Part shown: positions 23,896-35,934 of the stretch, piece after piece
Position numbering within the stretch: the first letter of the stretch is position 1
How the letters are laid out: each line of letters begins with the position of its first letter
Assembly (NCBI GenBank): GCA_963792205.1
Contig: CAWBVI010000004.1
Coordinates: 895,362 to 959,361, forward strand
Reading direction: 5' to 3'
DNA length: 64,000 bases
From: an uncultured Microthrixaceae bacterium
Lineage (GTDB): Bacteria; Actinomycetota; Acidimicrobiia; Acidimicrobiales; DATDAH01
Notes under the pieces: generated by a model
Databases searched by the model: none
What the model saw: only the letters and a program-made list of their open reading frames with translations
Told to the model about the DNA's origin: nothing
Made by a program: the position numbers and the translations under genes

Positions 23896-25413
23896 CTACG
23901 GCGTGGCCGACGCGACGAGGTCGGCGACGTCGCCGAAGTGGGTGACCAGGCCGGGGAAGATGCCGAAGACGAGGGTGCCGATCACGGCGATGCCCAGGGC
24001 GGCGGTGAGCGAGAAGGGCACCTTGATCGAGGCGGTCTCGCCCTCGGGGGCCGGCTCGAACCACATCATCCGGGCCACGCCCGCGTAGTAGAAGAGCGCC
24101 ACCACCGAGTTCACGGCCACGAGCACGGCGAGGGCGGCGCCCGACGCCGTGCCCGCGGCGAGCAGCGCTCGGAAGACCACGAACTTGGCCACCCAACCCG
24201 CAAGGGGTGGGATGCCGGCGAGGGCGAAGAGGAACACGGTCATCAGCACGGCCAGGGCCGGCGAGTACGAGAACAGACCCGAGTAGGAGGAGATCTCGCC
24301 CGACCCCGTGCGGCGGGCCACCGCGATGATCACGGCGAAGGCCCCGAGGTTCATCGCCGTGTAGATCAAGAGGTAGACGACCACGGCCGTGAGGGCGTCC
24401 TGGCCGGCGTCGCCGATGACCGCGAGCGGGGCGATCATGAAGCCGGCCTGGGCCACCGACGAGTAGGCCAGCAGGCGGACGATGTTGGTCTGGCGCAGGG
24501 CGATCAGGTTGCCGACCGTCATCGTGATGGCCGACAGCACCCACATGAGGGGCTCGACCACGTCGGCCCGGCCCTCGAAGGCCACGAAGAGCAACGACAG
24601 CAGGGCGACGAACCCGGCCGCCTTCGACGCCACGGCCAGGAAGGCGGCGATGGGCGTCGGCGCACCCTCGTAGGTGTCCGGGGCCCAGGTGTGGAAGGGC
24701 ACCGCCGAGATCTTGAACCCGAAGCCCACGACCACGAACAGGATGGCCAGGGTGATGACCGGCACGCTGGAGCCGCCCTCGCCGACCGTGGCCGCGATGT
24801 CGGTCAGCAGGGTGGATCCGGTCAGCCCGTAGAGCAGGGACATGCCGTAGAGCAGGATCGCGGAGGCGAAGACCCCCATCAGGTAGTACTTCAGCCCGGC
24901 CTCGTTGCCCTTGAGGTCGCGCTTGCGCCAGGCCGCGAGCAGGTAGGCCGGGATCGACAGCAGCTCGAGGGCCACGAAGATCGACACCAGGTCGCGGGCC
25001 GACGCCATCACGGTCATGCCCAGCAGCGAGCTGAGGAGCAGGAAGTAGTACTCGCCCTCGTGGTAGTCGCCCTCGGCGATGTAGTTGGTCGACAGCAGGA
25101 TGACCACGTAGCCGGCGATGAGGAACATGGCCTTCATGACCAGGGCGAAGTCGTCGACGACGTAGGCCCCGCCGAACATGGCCCGGTCGGTGCCGTCGAG
25201 GGCCAGCGTGAGCACCGGCACGAGCGACGCCAACACGCCGATGCCCGCCAGCGAGGAGATGAGCCACTTGTCCCGCTCGAGGATCAGGTCGGCCACCAGC
25301 AGGACCACCAGCACCCCGACCAGCACGATCTCGGGCGCGAAGGCGTGGTAGTCGATCGTGGGGGCGGTGAACCCGCCCGCCTGGGCCAGCAGCGACGTCA
25401 CCTCAGCCGCCAC
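23896..25413 (-). CDS. nuoN: NADH-quinone oxidoreductase subunit N (operon 1, 11-subunit type)
   Basis: 505-aa polytopic antiporter-like protein. Position and similarity to NuoN (GIPPLAGWVAKFVVF, LLAYSSVAQAGF). Confidence 0.93.
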   Translation of the reverse strand: MAAEVTSLLAQAGGFTAPTIDYHAFAPEIVLVGVLVVLLVADLILERDKWLISSLAGIGVLASLVPVLTLALDGTDRAMFGGAYVVDDFALVMKAMFLIAGYVVILLSTNYIAEGDYHEGEYYFLLLSSLLGMTVMASARDLVSIFVALELLSIPAYLLAAWRKRDLKGNEAGLKYYLMGVFASAILLYGMSLLYGLTGSTLLTDIAATVGEGGSSVPVITLAILFVVVGFGFKISAVPFHTWAPDTYEGAPTPIAAFLAVASKAAGFVALLSLLFVAFEGRADVVEPLMWVLSAITMTVGNLIALRQTNIVRLLAYSSVAQAGFMIAPLAVIGDAGQDALTAVVVYLLIYTAMNLGAFAVIIAVARRTGSGEISSYSGLFSYSPALAVLMTVFLFALAGIPPLAGWVAKFVVFRALLAAGTASGAALAVLVAVNSVVALFYYAGVARMMWFEPAPEGETASIKVPFSLTAALGIAVIGTLVFGIFPGLVTHFGDVADLVASATP

Positions 25414-26926
25414 CGCTCACGCTCAGGAGCTGGGTCTGCACGGCCTGCTCGGTGACGCTGAAGACCAGGTTGGGGTAGATGCCGATGGCCACGATGAGCA
25501 GCAACATCGGGACCCAGGCCAGGTACTCGTACACCGAGAGCTGGGGGATGTCCTCGTCCGCGAACTCGGCCTTCGGCGTGCCGAACGTCGTGCGCTGGTA
25601 GAGCCAGAGCAGGTAGCCGGCGGCCAGCACCGTCCCGATCGCGGCCACGACCATGTAGGTGCGGAAGGTCTCGACGGGGAGGCCCTCGGCCGGGTTGTAG
25701 GCCGACAGGATGGCCGGGAACTCGCCCCAGAACCCGGCCAGGCCGGGAAGGCCGAGGCTGGCCATGGCGGTGAAGCCGAGGATCCACCCGAGGTGGGGCA
25801 CCTGGGTGAGCATGCCGCCCAGCCGGCCGATCTCGAGGGTGTGGTAGCGGTCCTTCACCGAGCCGGCCAAGAAGAACAGCATCCCGGTGATCAGGCCGTG
25901 GGCGACCATGCCCATGACCGCGGCGTTGAAGCCGAAGTCGGTCAGGGTGGCGATGCCGAGCATCACGAAGCCCATGTGGGCGACGGACGAGAAGGCGATC
26001 AACCGCTTCATGTCGGTCTGGGCGAGGCACCCGAGCGCGCCGTAGATGATCCCGATCACCGCCAGCAGCCCGATGTAGGGCGCCCAGTCCTTGGCCGCCT
26101 CCGGCAGGATCGGCACGGCGATGCGGATGAAGCCGTAGGCGCCCAGCTTCAGCAGGACGGCGGCCAGGATGACCGAGCCGACCGTGGGCGCCTCGGTGTG
26201 GGCGTCGGGCAGCCAGGTGTGGAACGGGAACATCGGGACCTTGATCCCGAAGCCCAGGAACATGCCGGCGAAGATCCAGAGCTGGGTCGACGAGGCGATG
26301 TCCCCGGTCAGGCCGGGCAGCTCCCGGATGTCGAAGGTGGCGGGGTCGACCAGGAAGTAGAGGGCCAGGAAGCTGACCAGCATCAGGGCCGAGCCGAACA
26401 GCGTGAACAGGAAGAACTTGATCGCCGCGTACTGCCGGTTGGGCCCGCCCCAGACGCCGATCATGAAGTACATCGGGAGCAGGACGACCTCGAAGAACAC
26501 GAAGAAGAGGATCAGGTCCTGGGCCAGGAAGGTCCCGACCATGCCGGTCTCGAGGATCAGCAGGAGGACGAAGAACGCCTTGGGCTTGCCGGGATCGGGC
26601 AGGTGGTTCCACGAGTAGATGATGCAGAGCGGCACCACCAGCAGGGTCAGCGCCAGCAGGGGCAGCGAGATCCCGTCGAGGCCGAGGATGTACCGGCTGT
26701 TGATCACGTCGATCCAGCCCTTGTCGACCACGTACTGCAGCGTCCCGGACTCGTCGTAGTCGAAGTCCAGGAGGAGCAGCACGCCCATGAAGGCGGAGCC
26801 GAGCGACGCCGCGAGGGCGACGGCCTTGATCATCACCTCGCCGCGGACGGCGAGGACGAGGACGGCGCCCACGATCGGGATGAACGTGACGAGGGTCAGT
26901 CCCCAGTCGTTCAGGAAGTCGGTCAT
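25403..26926 (-). CDS. nuoM: NADH-quinone oxidoreductase subunit M (operon 1)
   Basis: 507 aa. FGIKVPMFPFHTWLPDAHTEAPT and KRLIAFSSVAHMGF are NuoM/ND4 signatures. Confidence 0.95.
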   Translation of the reverse strand: MTDFLNDWGLTLVTFIPIVGAVLVLAVRGEVMIKAVALAASLGSAFMGVLLLLDFDYDESGTLQYVVDKGWIDVINSRYILGLDGISLPLLALTLLVVPLCIIYSWNHLPDPGKPKAFFVLLLILETGMVGTFLAQDLILFFVFFEVVLLPMYFMIGVWGGPNRQYAAIKFFLFTLFGSALMLVSFLALYFLVDPATFDIRELPGLTGDIASSTQLWIFAGMFLGFGIKVPMFPFHTWLPDAHTEAPTVGSVILAAVLLKLGAYGFIRIAVPILPEAAKDWAPYIGLLAVIGIIYGALGCLAQTDMKRLIAFSSVAHMGFVMLGIATLTDFGFNAAVMGMVAHGLITGMLFFLAGSVKDRYHTLEIGRLGGMLTQVPHLGWILGFTAMASLGLPGLAGFWGEFPAILSAYNPAEGLPVETFRTYMVVAAIGTVLAAGYLLWLYQRTTFGTPKAEFADEDIPQLSVYEYLAWVPMLLLIVAIGIYPNLVFSVTEQAVQTQLLSVSGGG

Positions 26927-26942
26927 GGCTGGGTCGTGACTC

Positions 26943-29018
<2,076 letters not shown>

Positions 29019-29020
29019 CC

Positions 29021-29326
29021 TCAGCCCTTCATCAGGTCGGCCTGGTCGAGGTCGACCGATCGGCGGTTGCGGTAGATGAGCAGGACGATGGCGAGACCCA
29101 CGCCGACCTCGGCGGCGGCGATGGTGATCACGAAGAGGGCGAACACCTGGCCGGCGACGTTGTGCATGGCCCCGAAGGCCACGAAGTTGATGTTGACCGC
29201 GTTCAGGATCAGCTCGATCGACATGAGCACGGCCACGCCGTTGTTCCGGGCCAGCACGCCGTAGACGCCGATGGCGAAGAGCACGGCACCGAGGAGCAGG
29301 AACTCGTTGAGGAGGAGGCCGTCCAC
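29021..29326 (-). CDS. nuoK: NADH-quinone oxidoreductase subunit K (operon 1)
   Basis: 101 aa, three TM helices. MSIELILNAVNINFVAF with the conserved membrane Glu residues. Confidence 0.93.
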   Translation of the reverse strand: MDGLLLNEFLLLGAVLFAIGVYGVLARNNGVAVLMSIELILNAVNINFVAFGAMHNVAGQVFALFVITIAAAEVGVGLAIVLLIYRNRRSVDLDQADLMKG

Positions 29327-29328
29327 CC

Positions 29329-29820
29329 CTACTCCTTCCGCGCGATCACGATGGCGCCGACCAGCGCGGCCAGCAGGAGCACCGACACGACCTCGAACGG
29401 CACGAGGTAGGTGCTGAACACCGCGTCGGAGACCTCCGCGGTCCGCTGCACGGTGTCGGGAGGCAGCTCGGTGTCCTCGAAGGCGTCCCAGAGCACGTAG
29501 CCGAGCAGGCTCAGCAGGAGCAGGGCGACCCCGCCGGCGACCAGCCGTTGGTCGTTGTCGAGCGAGCCCTCGGCCCGCAGCGGGGCGCGGGTGAGCATGA
29601 TGCCGAAGAGGAACAGGACGACGATGGCGCCGAGGTAGATGAGGATCTGCGCGGTCCCGATGAACTCGGCGCCGAGCAGGAAGTACTGGCCCGCCACGCC
29701 CGCCAGGACCACGATGAGGAAGAGGGCGGCGTGGACGATGTTCTTCGTCGTGACGACGAGGACGGCCGACACGACGATGACGGCCGCCATCGCGAAGAAG
29801 GCGATCTGTTGGGCCACCAT
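29329..29820 (-). CDS. nuoJ: NADH-quinone oxidoreductase subunit J (operon 1)
   Basis: Start chosen at [14 protein letters not shown] (ATG 29818-29820), which overlaps the nuoI1 stop as TGATG. NIVHAALFLIVVL and [16 protein letters not shown] are typical NuoJ. Confidence 0.9.
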   Translation of the reverse strand: MVAQQIAFFAMAAVIVVSAVLVVTTKNIVHAALFLIVVLAGVAGQYFLLGAEFIGTAQILIYLGAIVVLFLFGIMLTRAPLRAEGSLDNDQRLVAGGVALLLLSLLGYVLWDAFEDTELPPDTVQRTAEVSDAVFSTYLVPFEVVSVLLLAALVGAIVIARKE

Positions 29821-30308
29821 CAGCGGGGCACCTTCTTGGGCTTCATCTCCGAGCCGGACTCGTAGGGCTCGAACTCCGGGACCGTCTCCATCCACTCGCC
29901 GAGCCGTTCCTTGTCGTGGAGGAGCTCGGCGATGCGGTGCTCGCCGTACTCGAACTCCGGGCTCCAGAACAGCGCCTCGAACGGGCAGACCTCGACGCAG
30001 ATGCCGCAGTACATGCAGAGCGCGTAGTCGATGTCGAAGCGGTCGAGGGCGTTCTTCTGGCGGGGCTTGCCCCCCTCACGGCGCGGCGGGGCCAGGTACT
30101 TGTGGCCCTCGATGTAGATGCACCAGTCCGGGCACTCCCGGGCACAGAGCATGCAGACCGTGCAGTTCTCCTCCTTGAGGGCGATCACGCCGCGGGCCCG
30201 GGGGGTGGGCTCCTCCTTGACGTGGGGGTACTGCACGGTGACGGCGGGCTTCAGCATGGTGCGGAAGGTCACGCCGAGGCCCTTGACCAGGCCGGGGAGC
30301 TGGGGCAT
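29820..30308 (-). CDS. nuoI: NADH-quinone oxidoreductase subunit I (operon 1), 2x[4Fe-4S]
   Basis: 162 aa from [27 protein letters not shown] and [12 protein letters not shown] cluster motifs. TGATG overlap with nuoH1. Confidence 0.93.
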   Translation of the reverse strand: MPQLPGLVKGLGVTFRTMLKPAVTVQYPHVKEEPTPRARGVIALKEENCTVCMLCARECPDWCIYIEGHKYLAPPRREGGKPRQKNALDRFDIDYALCMYCGICVEVCPFEALFWSPEFEYGEHRIAELLHDKERLGEWMETVPEFEPYESGSEMKPKKVPR

Positions 30309-31357
30309 CAGAAGGCCACCTTCAGGATCGCCGTGACGAAGATGTTGACGAGGCTCAGGGGGATCAGCACCTTCCAGGCGAAGGCCTGCAGCTGGTCCTC
30401 CCGGAAGCGGGGGTAGGTGAACCGCACCCAGAAGATCAGGAAGGCCACGAGCATCACCTTCCCGAACATCACCGCGGGGCCGAGGACGTTCAGGATGTCG
30501 TCGTCTGGCTCGAAGCCGGGGACCCACCAGCCGCCGAGGAAGAGCACGGCGGCGATCGCGCCGAAGGCGAAGGCGGTGCCGAACTCGCCCATGAAGAACA
30601 GCAGGAACCGGAAGCCCGTGTACTCCACCTGGTAGCCACCGACCAGCTCGGACTCGGCCACCGGCATGTCGAACGGGGGCTGGGTGAGCTCGGCCTGGAC
30701 CGCAGCCAGGAAGATGAGGAAGCCCAGGAACTGGGTGAGGATGAACGGGTTGCCGATGGCGTCGAACCCGAAGATGGCGCCCTCGGCCTGGGCGGTCACG
30801 ATCCCCTGCATCGAGAGGGTGCCGGCCTGGATGACCACGCCGACCACGGCCAGCAGGAGGGGGAGCTCGTAGGCGATGAGCTGGCCGGCTGCTCGCAGCC
30901 CGCCCAGCAGCGCGTACTTGTTGGCCGATGCCCAGCCGGCCATGAGCACGCCGATCACCGAGACCGACGAGACGGCGAGGGCGAAGAAGATGCCGGTGTC
31001 CAGGTCCTCGACGATGAGGTCGGGCCCGACGGGAATGACCACGAAGAGCAGGAACGTGGAGATGAGCACGACCACGGGGGCGAGGGCGAACACCCAACGG
31101 TCGGCCTTCTCCGGGAAGATGTCCTCCTTCTGGAGGAACTTCACCCCGTCGGCCACCAGCTGCAGCACGCCGTGCGGGCCGGCCTCCATGGGCCCGAGGC
31201 GGCTCTGCATGTGGCTCATCATCTTCATCAGGAAGACGTAGCCGAGGATGATGGCGCCGGCCGGGATGACGGCCAGGATGACCCCGACCTTGATCCCGGT
31301 CTCCTGCCAGTAGGCCAGTTCGACGGCGTTGATCACCGAGACACCGAGCGAGATCAC
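30308..31357 (-). CDS. nuoH: NADH-quinone oxidoreductase subunit H (operon 1)
   Basis: 349 aa. [22 protein letters not shown] and [21 protein letters not shown] are NuoH/ND1 signatures. Confidence 0.95.
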   Translation of the reverse strand: MISLGVSVINAVELAYWQETGIKVGVILAVIPAGAIILGYVFLMKMMSHMQSRLGPMEAGPHGVLQLVADGVKFLQKEDIFPEKADRWVFALAPVVVLISTFLLFVVIPVGPDLIVEDLDTGIFFALAVSSVSVIGVLMAGWASANKYALLGGLRAAGQLIAYELPLLLAVVGVVIQAGTLSMQGIVTAQAEGAIFGFDAIGNPFILTQFLGFLIFLAAVQAELTQPPFDMPVAESELVGGYQVEYTGFRFLLFFMGEFGTAFAFGAIAAVLFLGGWWVPGFEPDDDILNVLGPAVMFGKVMLVAFLIFWVRFTYPRFREDQLQAFAWKVLIPLSLVNIFVTAILKVAF

Positions 31358-32523
31358 CGGTCGATGTCTCCGAGGATGAAGTAGAGGCTGCCGAGGATGG
31401 TGATGATGTCGGGCACGAAGACGCCCTTCATCACCCAGGGCACGATCGAGATGTTGTTGGAGCTCGGCGTGCGGATCTTCACCCGGAACGGGACCAGGTC
31501 ACCCTTGCTGACCACGTAGTAGCCCATGGCCCCGAGGGGGTTCTCGGTCTCCACGTAGGCCTCGCCGGCCGGCACCTTGATGATGCGCGGGACCTTGGCC
31601 ATGATCGGCCCGGAGGGGAGGCCGTCGAGGAGCTGGTCGATGATCTTCGTCGACTCGCGGACCTCCTGGAGCCGGACCCAGAAGCGGGCGAACGAGTCAC
31701 CGTCGCGATGGGTCCACACCTTCCAGTCGACCTGGTCGAAGGCGAGGCCGACCGGGACGTCGCGGCGCAGGTCCCAGTCCACCCCGCTCGCCCGCAGGTT
31801 CGCCCCCGACAAGCCGTAGGAGAGGGCGACGTCGGCCGGGATGACCCCGACACCGCGGGTCCGGGCCTCGAAGATCTCGTTGCCCATCAGCAGGTCTTCC
31901 ATCTGGTCGCAGAAGTCCCGCATCCGCTCCATGACGTCCTTGGTCTGCTCCACCCAGCCCGCCGGCAGGTCGTCCTTCAGGCCGCCGATGCGGTCGTAGT
32001 TGGGGTGGAAGCGCCCACCGGTGGCCGCCTCGATCAGGTTGAGGGCGCGCTCACGATCCCGGAAGGCGTAGAACACCGGCGTGATGGCCCCGAGCTGGGC
32101 GCCCATGTCACCGAGGAACAGCGAGATGTTGGCGATGCGGGACATCTCGAAGAGGATCGTGCGGATCCACTGGGCCCGGGGCGGGGCGTCGACCTCCATG
32201 AGCCGCTCCGCGGCCAGGATGAAGGGCACCTCGTTGGCGAAGCTGCCGAGCCAGTCGATGCGGTTCACCAGCGTGGTGACCTGCGGATAGGTGCGGACCT
32301 CGCAGAGCTTCTCGTAGCCGCGGTGCATGTAGCCCGCGATCGGCTCGGCCTCGACCACCTGCTCGCCGTCGAGACGGGCCACGATCCGCAGGGTCCCGTG
32401 GGTGGCCGGGTGCTGCGGGCCCATGTTCAGGGTCATGCCGCCGGTCTCGAGCTCGACGTTGACCCGGGCGTCGGCCGCCTGGGCGGCCACATAGGCCCGC
32501 TGCTGGGGGTCGACGACGGTCAT
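31354..32523 (-). CDS. nuoD: NADH-quinone oxidoreductase subunit D (operon 1)
   Basis: 389 aa. [27 protein letters not shown], ends ILGDIDR*. Directly abuts nuoH1 (4-nt overlap), so no nuoEFG lie between them. Confidence 0.96.
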   Translation of the reverse strand: MTVVDPQQRAYVAAQAADARVNVELETGGMTLNMGPQHPATHGTLRIVARLDGEQVVEAEPIAGYMHRGYEKLCEVRTYPQVTTLVNRIDWLGSFANEVPFILAAERLMEVDAPPRAQWIRTILFEMSRIANISLFLGDMGAQLGAITPVFYAFRDRERALNLIEAATGGRFHPNYDRIGGLKDDLPAGWVEQTKDVMERMRDFCDQMEDLLMGNEIFEARTRGVGVIPADVALSYGLSGANLRASGVDWDLRRDVPVGLAFDQVDWKVWTHRDGDSFARFWVRLQEVRESTKIIDQLLDGLPSGPIMAKVPRIIKVPAGEAYVETENPLGAMGYYVVSKGDLVPFRVKIRTPSSNNISIVPWVMKGVFVPDIITILGSLYFILGDIDR

Positions 32524-33278
32524 TCCTCGGCCCCCTCGGCCTCGGCATCCTCGCCCTCGCCGTCGCCCTCTTCCTCACCGGGCATGGGCTCGACGTCGAC
32601 GATGCCCGGCCACGGCTTCACCCGGCGGGAGAGCAGGGGGTAGTCCTTGCGCAGCGGGTGGCCCTCGAACTCGCCCGGCAGGTACAGGTGGCGCAGGTCG
32701 GGGTGCTCGGTGAAGGTGATGCCGAACATCTCCCACGCCTCCCGCTCGTGCCACTCGGCCCCGGCGTAGACCGGGACCCACGTCGGGGCGGTCAGCGCCG
32801 CCGGGTCGTCGCCGAGATCGGCCTTGAGCACCAGGCCGTGGCCCTTGGCCGGCGCCGCGACCCGGGCCAGGAGCTGGAAGCGGGTGTCGCCGCCCGCGTA
32901 GCCCGTGGTCTGCTCGTCGGGCGCCTTCGCCGTGCCGCCGTGGACCTCGAGGTCCTCCTGGCTGTCCATGTCGCGGCCGAACGGCGACGGCAGCCAGTCG
33001 ATGGCCGAGAGGAAGTCGAAGAAGTGGCACCGGAGCCCGTCGCGGGCGAAGGTGCCGGCGGTGACCCACGCGTCGAGGGCCACGCGGGCCCACACCTCAC
33101 GACCGGGATCGACGTGGGTGGCGACGAGGGCGTCGCCGAGCTCGGCGCGGAGCGCGGTGACCACGCCCTCTCGCAGCTCGTCGACCTCGACCGCCTCCTC
33201 TGCCTCCTCGGCGGGGGCGGCGTCCTCCTCGACCTCGGAGGCCTCCTCCGTGTTCGGACCGCCGTCAGCTGACGACAA
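32520..33278 (-). CDS. nuoC: NADH-quinone oxidoreductase subunit C (operon 1) with acidic N-terminal extension
   Basis: 252 aa. The C-terminal half ([37 protein letters not shown]) is canonical NuoC. The first 35 aa or so are E/A-rich. Confidence 0.93.
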   Translation of the reverse strand: MSSADGGPNTEEASEVEEDAAPAEEAEEAVEVDELREGVVTALRAELGDALVATHVDPGREVWARVALDAWVTAGTFARDGLRCHFFDFLSAIDWLPSPFGRDMDSQEDLEVHGGTAKAPDEQTTGYAGGDTRFQLLARVAAPAKGHGLVLKADLGDDPAALTAPTWVPVYAGAEWHEREAWEMFGITFTEHPDLRHLYLPGEFEGHPLRKDYPLLSRRVKPWPGIVDVEPMPGEEEGDGEGEDAEAEGAEE

Positions 33279-33741
33279 GCGGTTCCCCCTTCCACCGATC
33301 GGCCGGGTCCTCGTTCAGGATGCGCTCCTGGAGGAGGCCGATGCCCTCGAGGAGGGCCTCGGGCCGGGGTGGGCAGCCGGGGATGTAGACGTCGACCGGG
33401 ATGATCTGGTCGAGGCCCTTGGTCACCGAGTAGGAGTCCCAGTAGGGACCACCGCAGTTGGTGCAGGAGCCCATCGAGATCACGTACTTGGGGTCGGGCA
33501 TCTGCTCGTACAGGCGCTTGACCGACGGCGCCATCTTGTCGGTGATGGTGCCGGAGACGACGAGCAGGTCGGCCTGGCGGGGGCTGGCCGGGAACGGGAT
33601 GACGCCGAGGCGCATCATGTCGTAGCGGGGCGAGGCCAGCGCCGCGCCCATCTCGATGCCACAGCAGGCCAGGCCCCACTGGTACATCCAGAGCGAGTAC
33701 TTGCGGGAGATGTTGAGCAGCTTCGTGAGCGGCTTCGGCAT
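33265..33741 (-). CDS. nuoB: NADH-quinone oxidoreductase subunit B (operon 1), N2 cluster
   Basis: 158 aa from [31 protein letters not shown] and [10 protein letters not shown] cysteine motifs. Confidence 0.95.
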   Translation of the reverse strand: MPKPLTKLLNISRKYSLWMYQWGLACCGIEMGAALASPRYDMMRLGVIPFPASPRQADLLVVSGTITDKMAPSVKRLYEQMPDPKYVISMGSCTNCGGPYWDSYSVTKGLDQIIPVDVYIPGCPPRPEALLEGIGLLQERILNEDPADRWKGEPLVVS

Positions 33742-33755
33742 CTTGCCGCTCTCGA

Positions 33756-34121
33756 CTAGACCCACCGGAGCACCCCCTTGCGCCAGGCGTACAGGAGCCC
33801 GAGGGCCAGGATCACGATGAAGATGCCCATCTCGACCAGCCCGAAGGTGCCGTACGCCTCGAGGCGCATGGCCCACGGGAAGATGTAGAGCGCCTCGACG
33901 TCGAACATGACGAAGAGGAGCGCGAAGAAGTAGTACCGGACCTGGCTCTGGGACCACTCGGTGCCCACCGGGTCCACGCCCGACTCGTAGGTCAGGTACT
34001 TCTCAGGCTGTGGGCGCTTGGGCCGCAGGAGGCTCCCGGCGCCCAGCGCCACCGCCACCATTGCGATGGCAGCCGCGCCGAAAATGGCCACCGTGAGGTA
34101 GCTGCGGAGGAACTCCGACAT
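33756..34121 (-). CDS. nuoA: NADH-quinone oxidoreductase subunit A (operon 1)
   Basis: 121 aa. YESGVDPVG...[20 protein letters not shown] is canonical NuoA/ND3. Starts only 11 nt after the upstream gene's stop. Confidence 0.93.
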   Translation of the reverse strand: MSEFLRSYLTVAIFGAAAIAMVAVALGAGSLLRPKRPQPEKYLTYESGVDPVGTEWSQSQVRYYFFALLFVMFDVEALYIFPWAMRLEAYGTFGLVEMGIFIVILALGLLYAWRKGVLRWV

Positions 34122-34132
34122 CGCGGCGCAGG

Positions 34133-35767
34133 TTAGTGATCGCCCTCACGACCGGCCAAAGACGCCTCCAGCTCGGGCCACGCCGCTTCCGCGATGAGGC
34201 GGGCGCCGGTCTCGTTCGTGTGAACCGTGTCCCAGAAGAGGGGATCCGGGTAGCCGTCCAGGGAGTCGGCGAGGTCCACCACCTCGGGGGGGAAGCCCGC
34301 TCGGAGACCGGCGAGGACGGGATCCCAGGCGGGGGTCCGGTTGGCGGCCCGGCCGAAGAGGTGCTCTTCGCCCTCCACGGCCCCCTTCGTGTAGAGGGTG
34401 GGCTGGAACCAGAACTGGACGTCGACGTCGTAGGCGGCCCCGACGGCCGTCGCCAGGTCCCGGCCCCGGGCGAGCAGCCCGTCTGCCGCGTCCTCGACGG
34501 CCTGGGCGTCGACATCCGCCGGCACCGCCGAGGCCTCGGCCTCGGTCAGCCGCACCTCCGGCTCGTCGTCGTCGAGACGGTCCCGGAGCCGCCGGTAGAG
34601 GTTCACCGTGGCGCTGTGGTCGGCCCACCACTCCCGGACGTCCGCCGACGACGTGGGCTCCTCGGCCACGGGCGTCGTCTCGATGCGTTCCCGCTGGACC
34701 CGGGCGAGGACGTGGTTGGGCTCGGTCACCGGTCCATCCACGAACTGCATGGAGACGTCGTTGTAGCCGTCGTAGAACACGGCGAGGTCGGGCGGCTCCC
34801 GCTCGGTGACCAGGCGGGAGAACAAGGACATCCCCTGCCAGTTCACGTAGGCGGGCGTGCCGAAGTTGTGGACCTCGAGCGCGATGCCGTCGGCAGCCGC
34901 CAGCCGGACCAGCTCCGAGGGGATCGTGTGGTCGTCGCGCTGGCCGAACCCGTACATGGCCGAGCCGCCGAAGAACCACACCTCGACGGGGTCACCGGGA
35001 GCGGTGCTGACGAGGCTGTCCCGTTCCCCGCCGCGGATGTTCAGGTACTGGCCGTCGGTGTCCTCGAGCCGCCAGCCCAGGAAGGGGTCGTACTGGCCGG
35101 ACTCCGCGGCGAACTGCTCGGTGAAGAGCTGCGGGACGTAGTCGAGGTCGGCGAGGGCCGGGATGGCCGACGGACCCCCGCCGTCCTCCACCGGTGGTGG
35201 GGCGCCCTCGGCGGGGGGATCGCCGAGCGCGGTGCCGATCACGAGGTCGGCCACGACGAGGAGCGTGACGAGGCCGACGGCCCACACCAGCCGGCCCGAC
35301 CGTCGACCCCCGAGCAGGTCCTGCTCGCTGGCGTAGGTGCGCTCGGGCAGGCGCCGCTCCCGCCAGTCCCAGCGCTCCAGCCAGGTCGTGCCGGGGCCCG
35401 GGTGGCCGGTGTCGAGGGGCCCGCGCCGGCCGAGGCGGGCGACCAGGCCGACCGGCACGAAGACGACGACGAAGACGAGCGTGAGCACGACGGCACTGAT
35501 CACCCGGCCCACGACCATGCCGATGGCCGCGAACACCCGCTCGATCCACCGGGCCGCCGTGGGCGACAGCAGCGAGACGACGGTGAGGACGGTGGCCGCG
35601 CCGACCACGAGGACGCCCACCCAAGGCTCGAGCAGCCAGCCCAGGAGCACCGCCAGCACGAGGGCGGGGATGGCGCGGGCGACGACCCGGCCGGCAGGAG
35701 CCCGCGCGGGCGCCTCCTCGCTGGTCGGCGCCGGCCACACCGCCGTGGCCCCCGCATCCCCCGCCAT
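34133..35767 (-). CDS. Fusion protein: SxtJ-like membrane domain plus SGNH/GDSL-type hydrolase or acyltransferase-like domain
   Basis: 544 aa from ATG 35765-35767 (TGATG overlap with the upstream small gene). The N-terminal 150 aa or so hold 3-4 TM helices (AIPALVLAVLLGWLL..., VISAVVLTLVFVVVFVPVGLVARLGRRGPL). The C-terminal domain has SGNH blocks VWFFGGSAMYG (I), FYDGYNDV (III) and WDTVHTNETGARLIA (V). Confidence 0.7.
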   Translation of the reverse strand: MAGDAGATAVWPAPTSEEAPARAPAGRVVARAIPALVLAVLLGWLLEPWVGVLVVGAATVLTVVSLLSPTAARWIERVFAAIGMVVGRVISAVVLTLVFVVVFVPVGLVARLGRRGPLDTGHPGPGTTWLERWDWRERRLPERTYASEQDLLGGRRSGRLVWAVGLVTLLVVADLVIGTALGDPPAEGAPPPVEDGGGPSAIPALADLDYVPQLFTEQFAAESGQYDPFLGWRLEDTDGQYLNIRGGERDSLVSTAPGDPVEVWFFGGSAMYGFGQRDDHTIPSELVRLAAADGIALEVHNFGTPAYVNWQGMSLFSRLVTEREPPDLAVFYDGYNDVSMQFVDGPVTEPNHVLARVQRERIETTPVAEEPTSSADVREWWADHSATVNLYRRLRDRLDDDEPEVRLTEAEASAVPADVDAQAVEDAADGLLARGRDLATAVGAAYDVDVQFWFQPTLYTKGAVEGEEHLFGRAANRTPAWDPVLAGLRAGFPPEVVDLADSLDGYPDPLFWDTVHTNETGARLIAEAAWPELEASLAGREGDH

Positions 35768-35934
35768 CAGAAGAGCGTGTACAGCGTGTACGGGGCCGCG
35801 GCCTGGCCCACGGCGACGAGGCCGATGACCAGCATGAGCAGGCCCATCACGGGCAGGAGCCACCAGGCCCGGTTGTGGACCGAGTAGCCGACGACGTCCC
35901 GGGCCAGCAGGCCCGCGTGGCGGAGGAAGCGCAT
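35767..35934 (-). CDS. SxtK/DUF5989-like 55-aa membrane peptide
   Basis: MRFLRHAGLLARDVVGYSVHNRAWWLLPVMGLLMLVIGLVAVGQAAAPYTLYTLF. TGATG overlaps at both ends couple it to the carbamoyltransferase and the SxtJ-like gene. The family call rests on size, topology and neighbourhood. Confidence 0.65.
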   Translation of the reverse strand: MRFLRHAGLLARDVVGYSVHNRAWWLLPVMGLLMLVIGLVAVGQAAAPYTLYTLF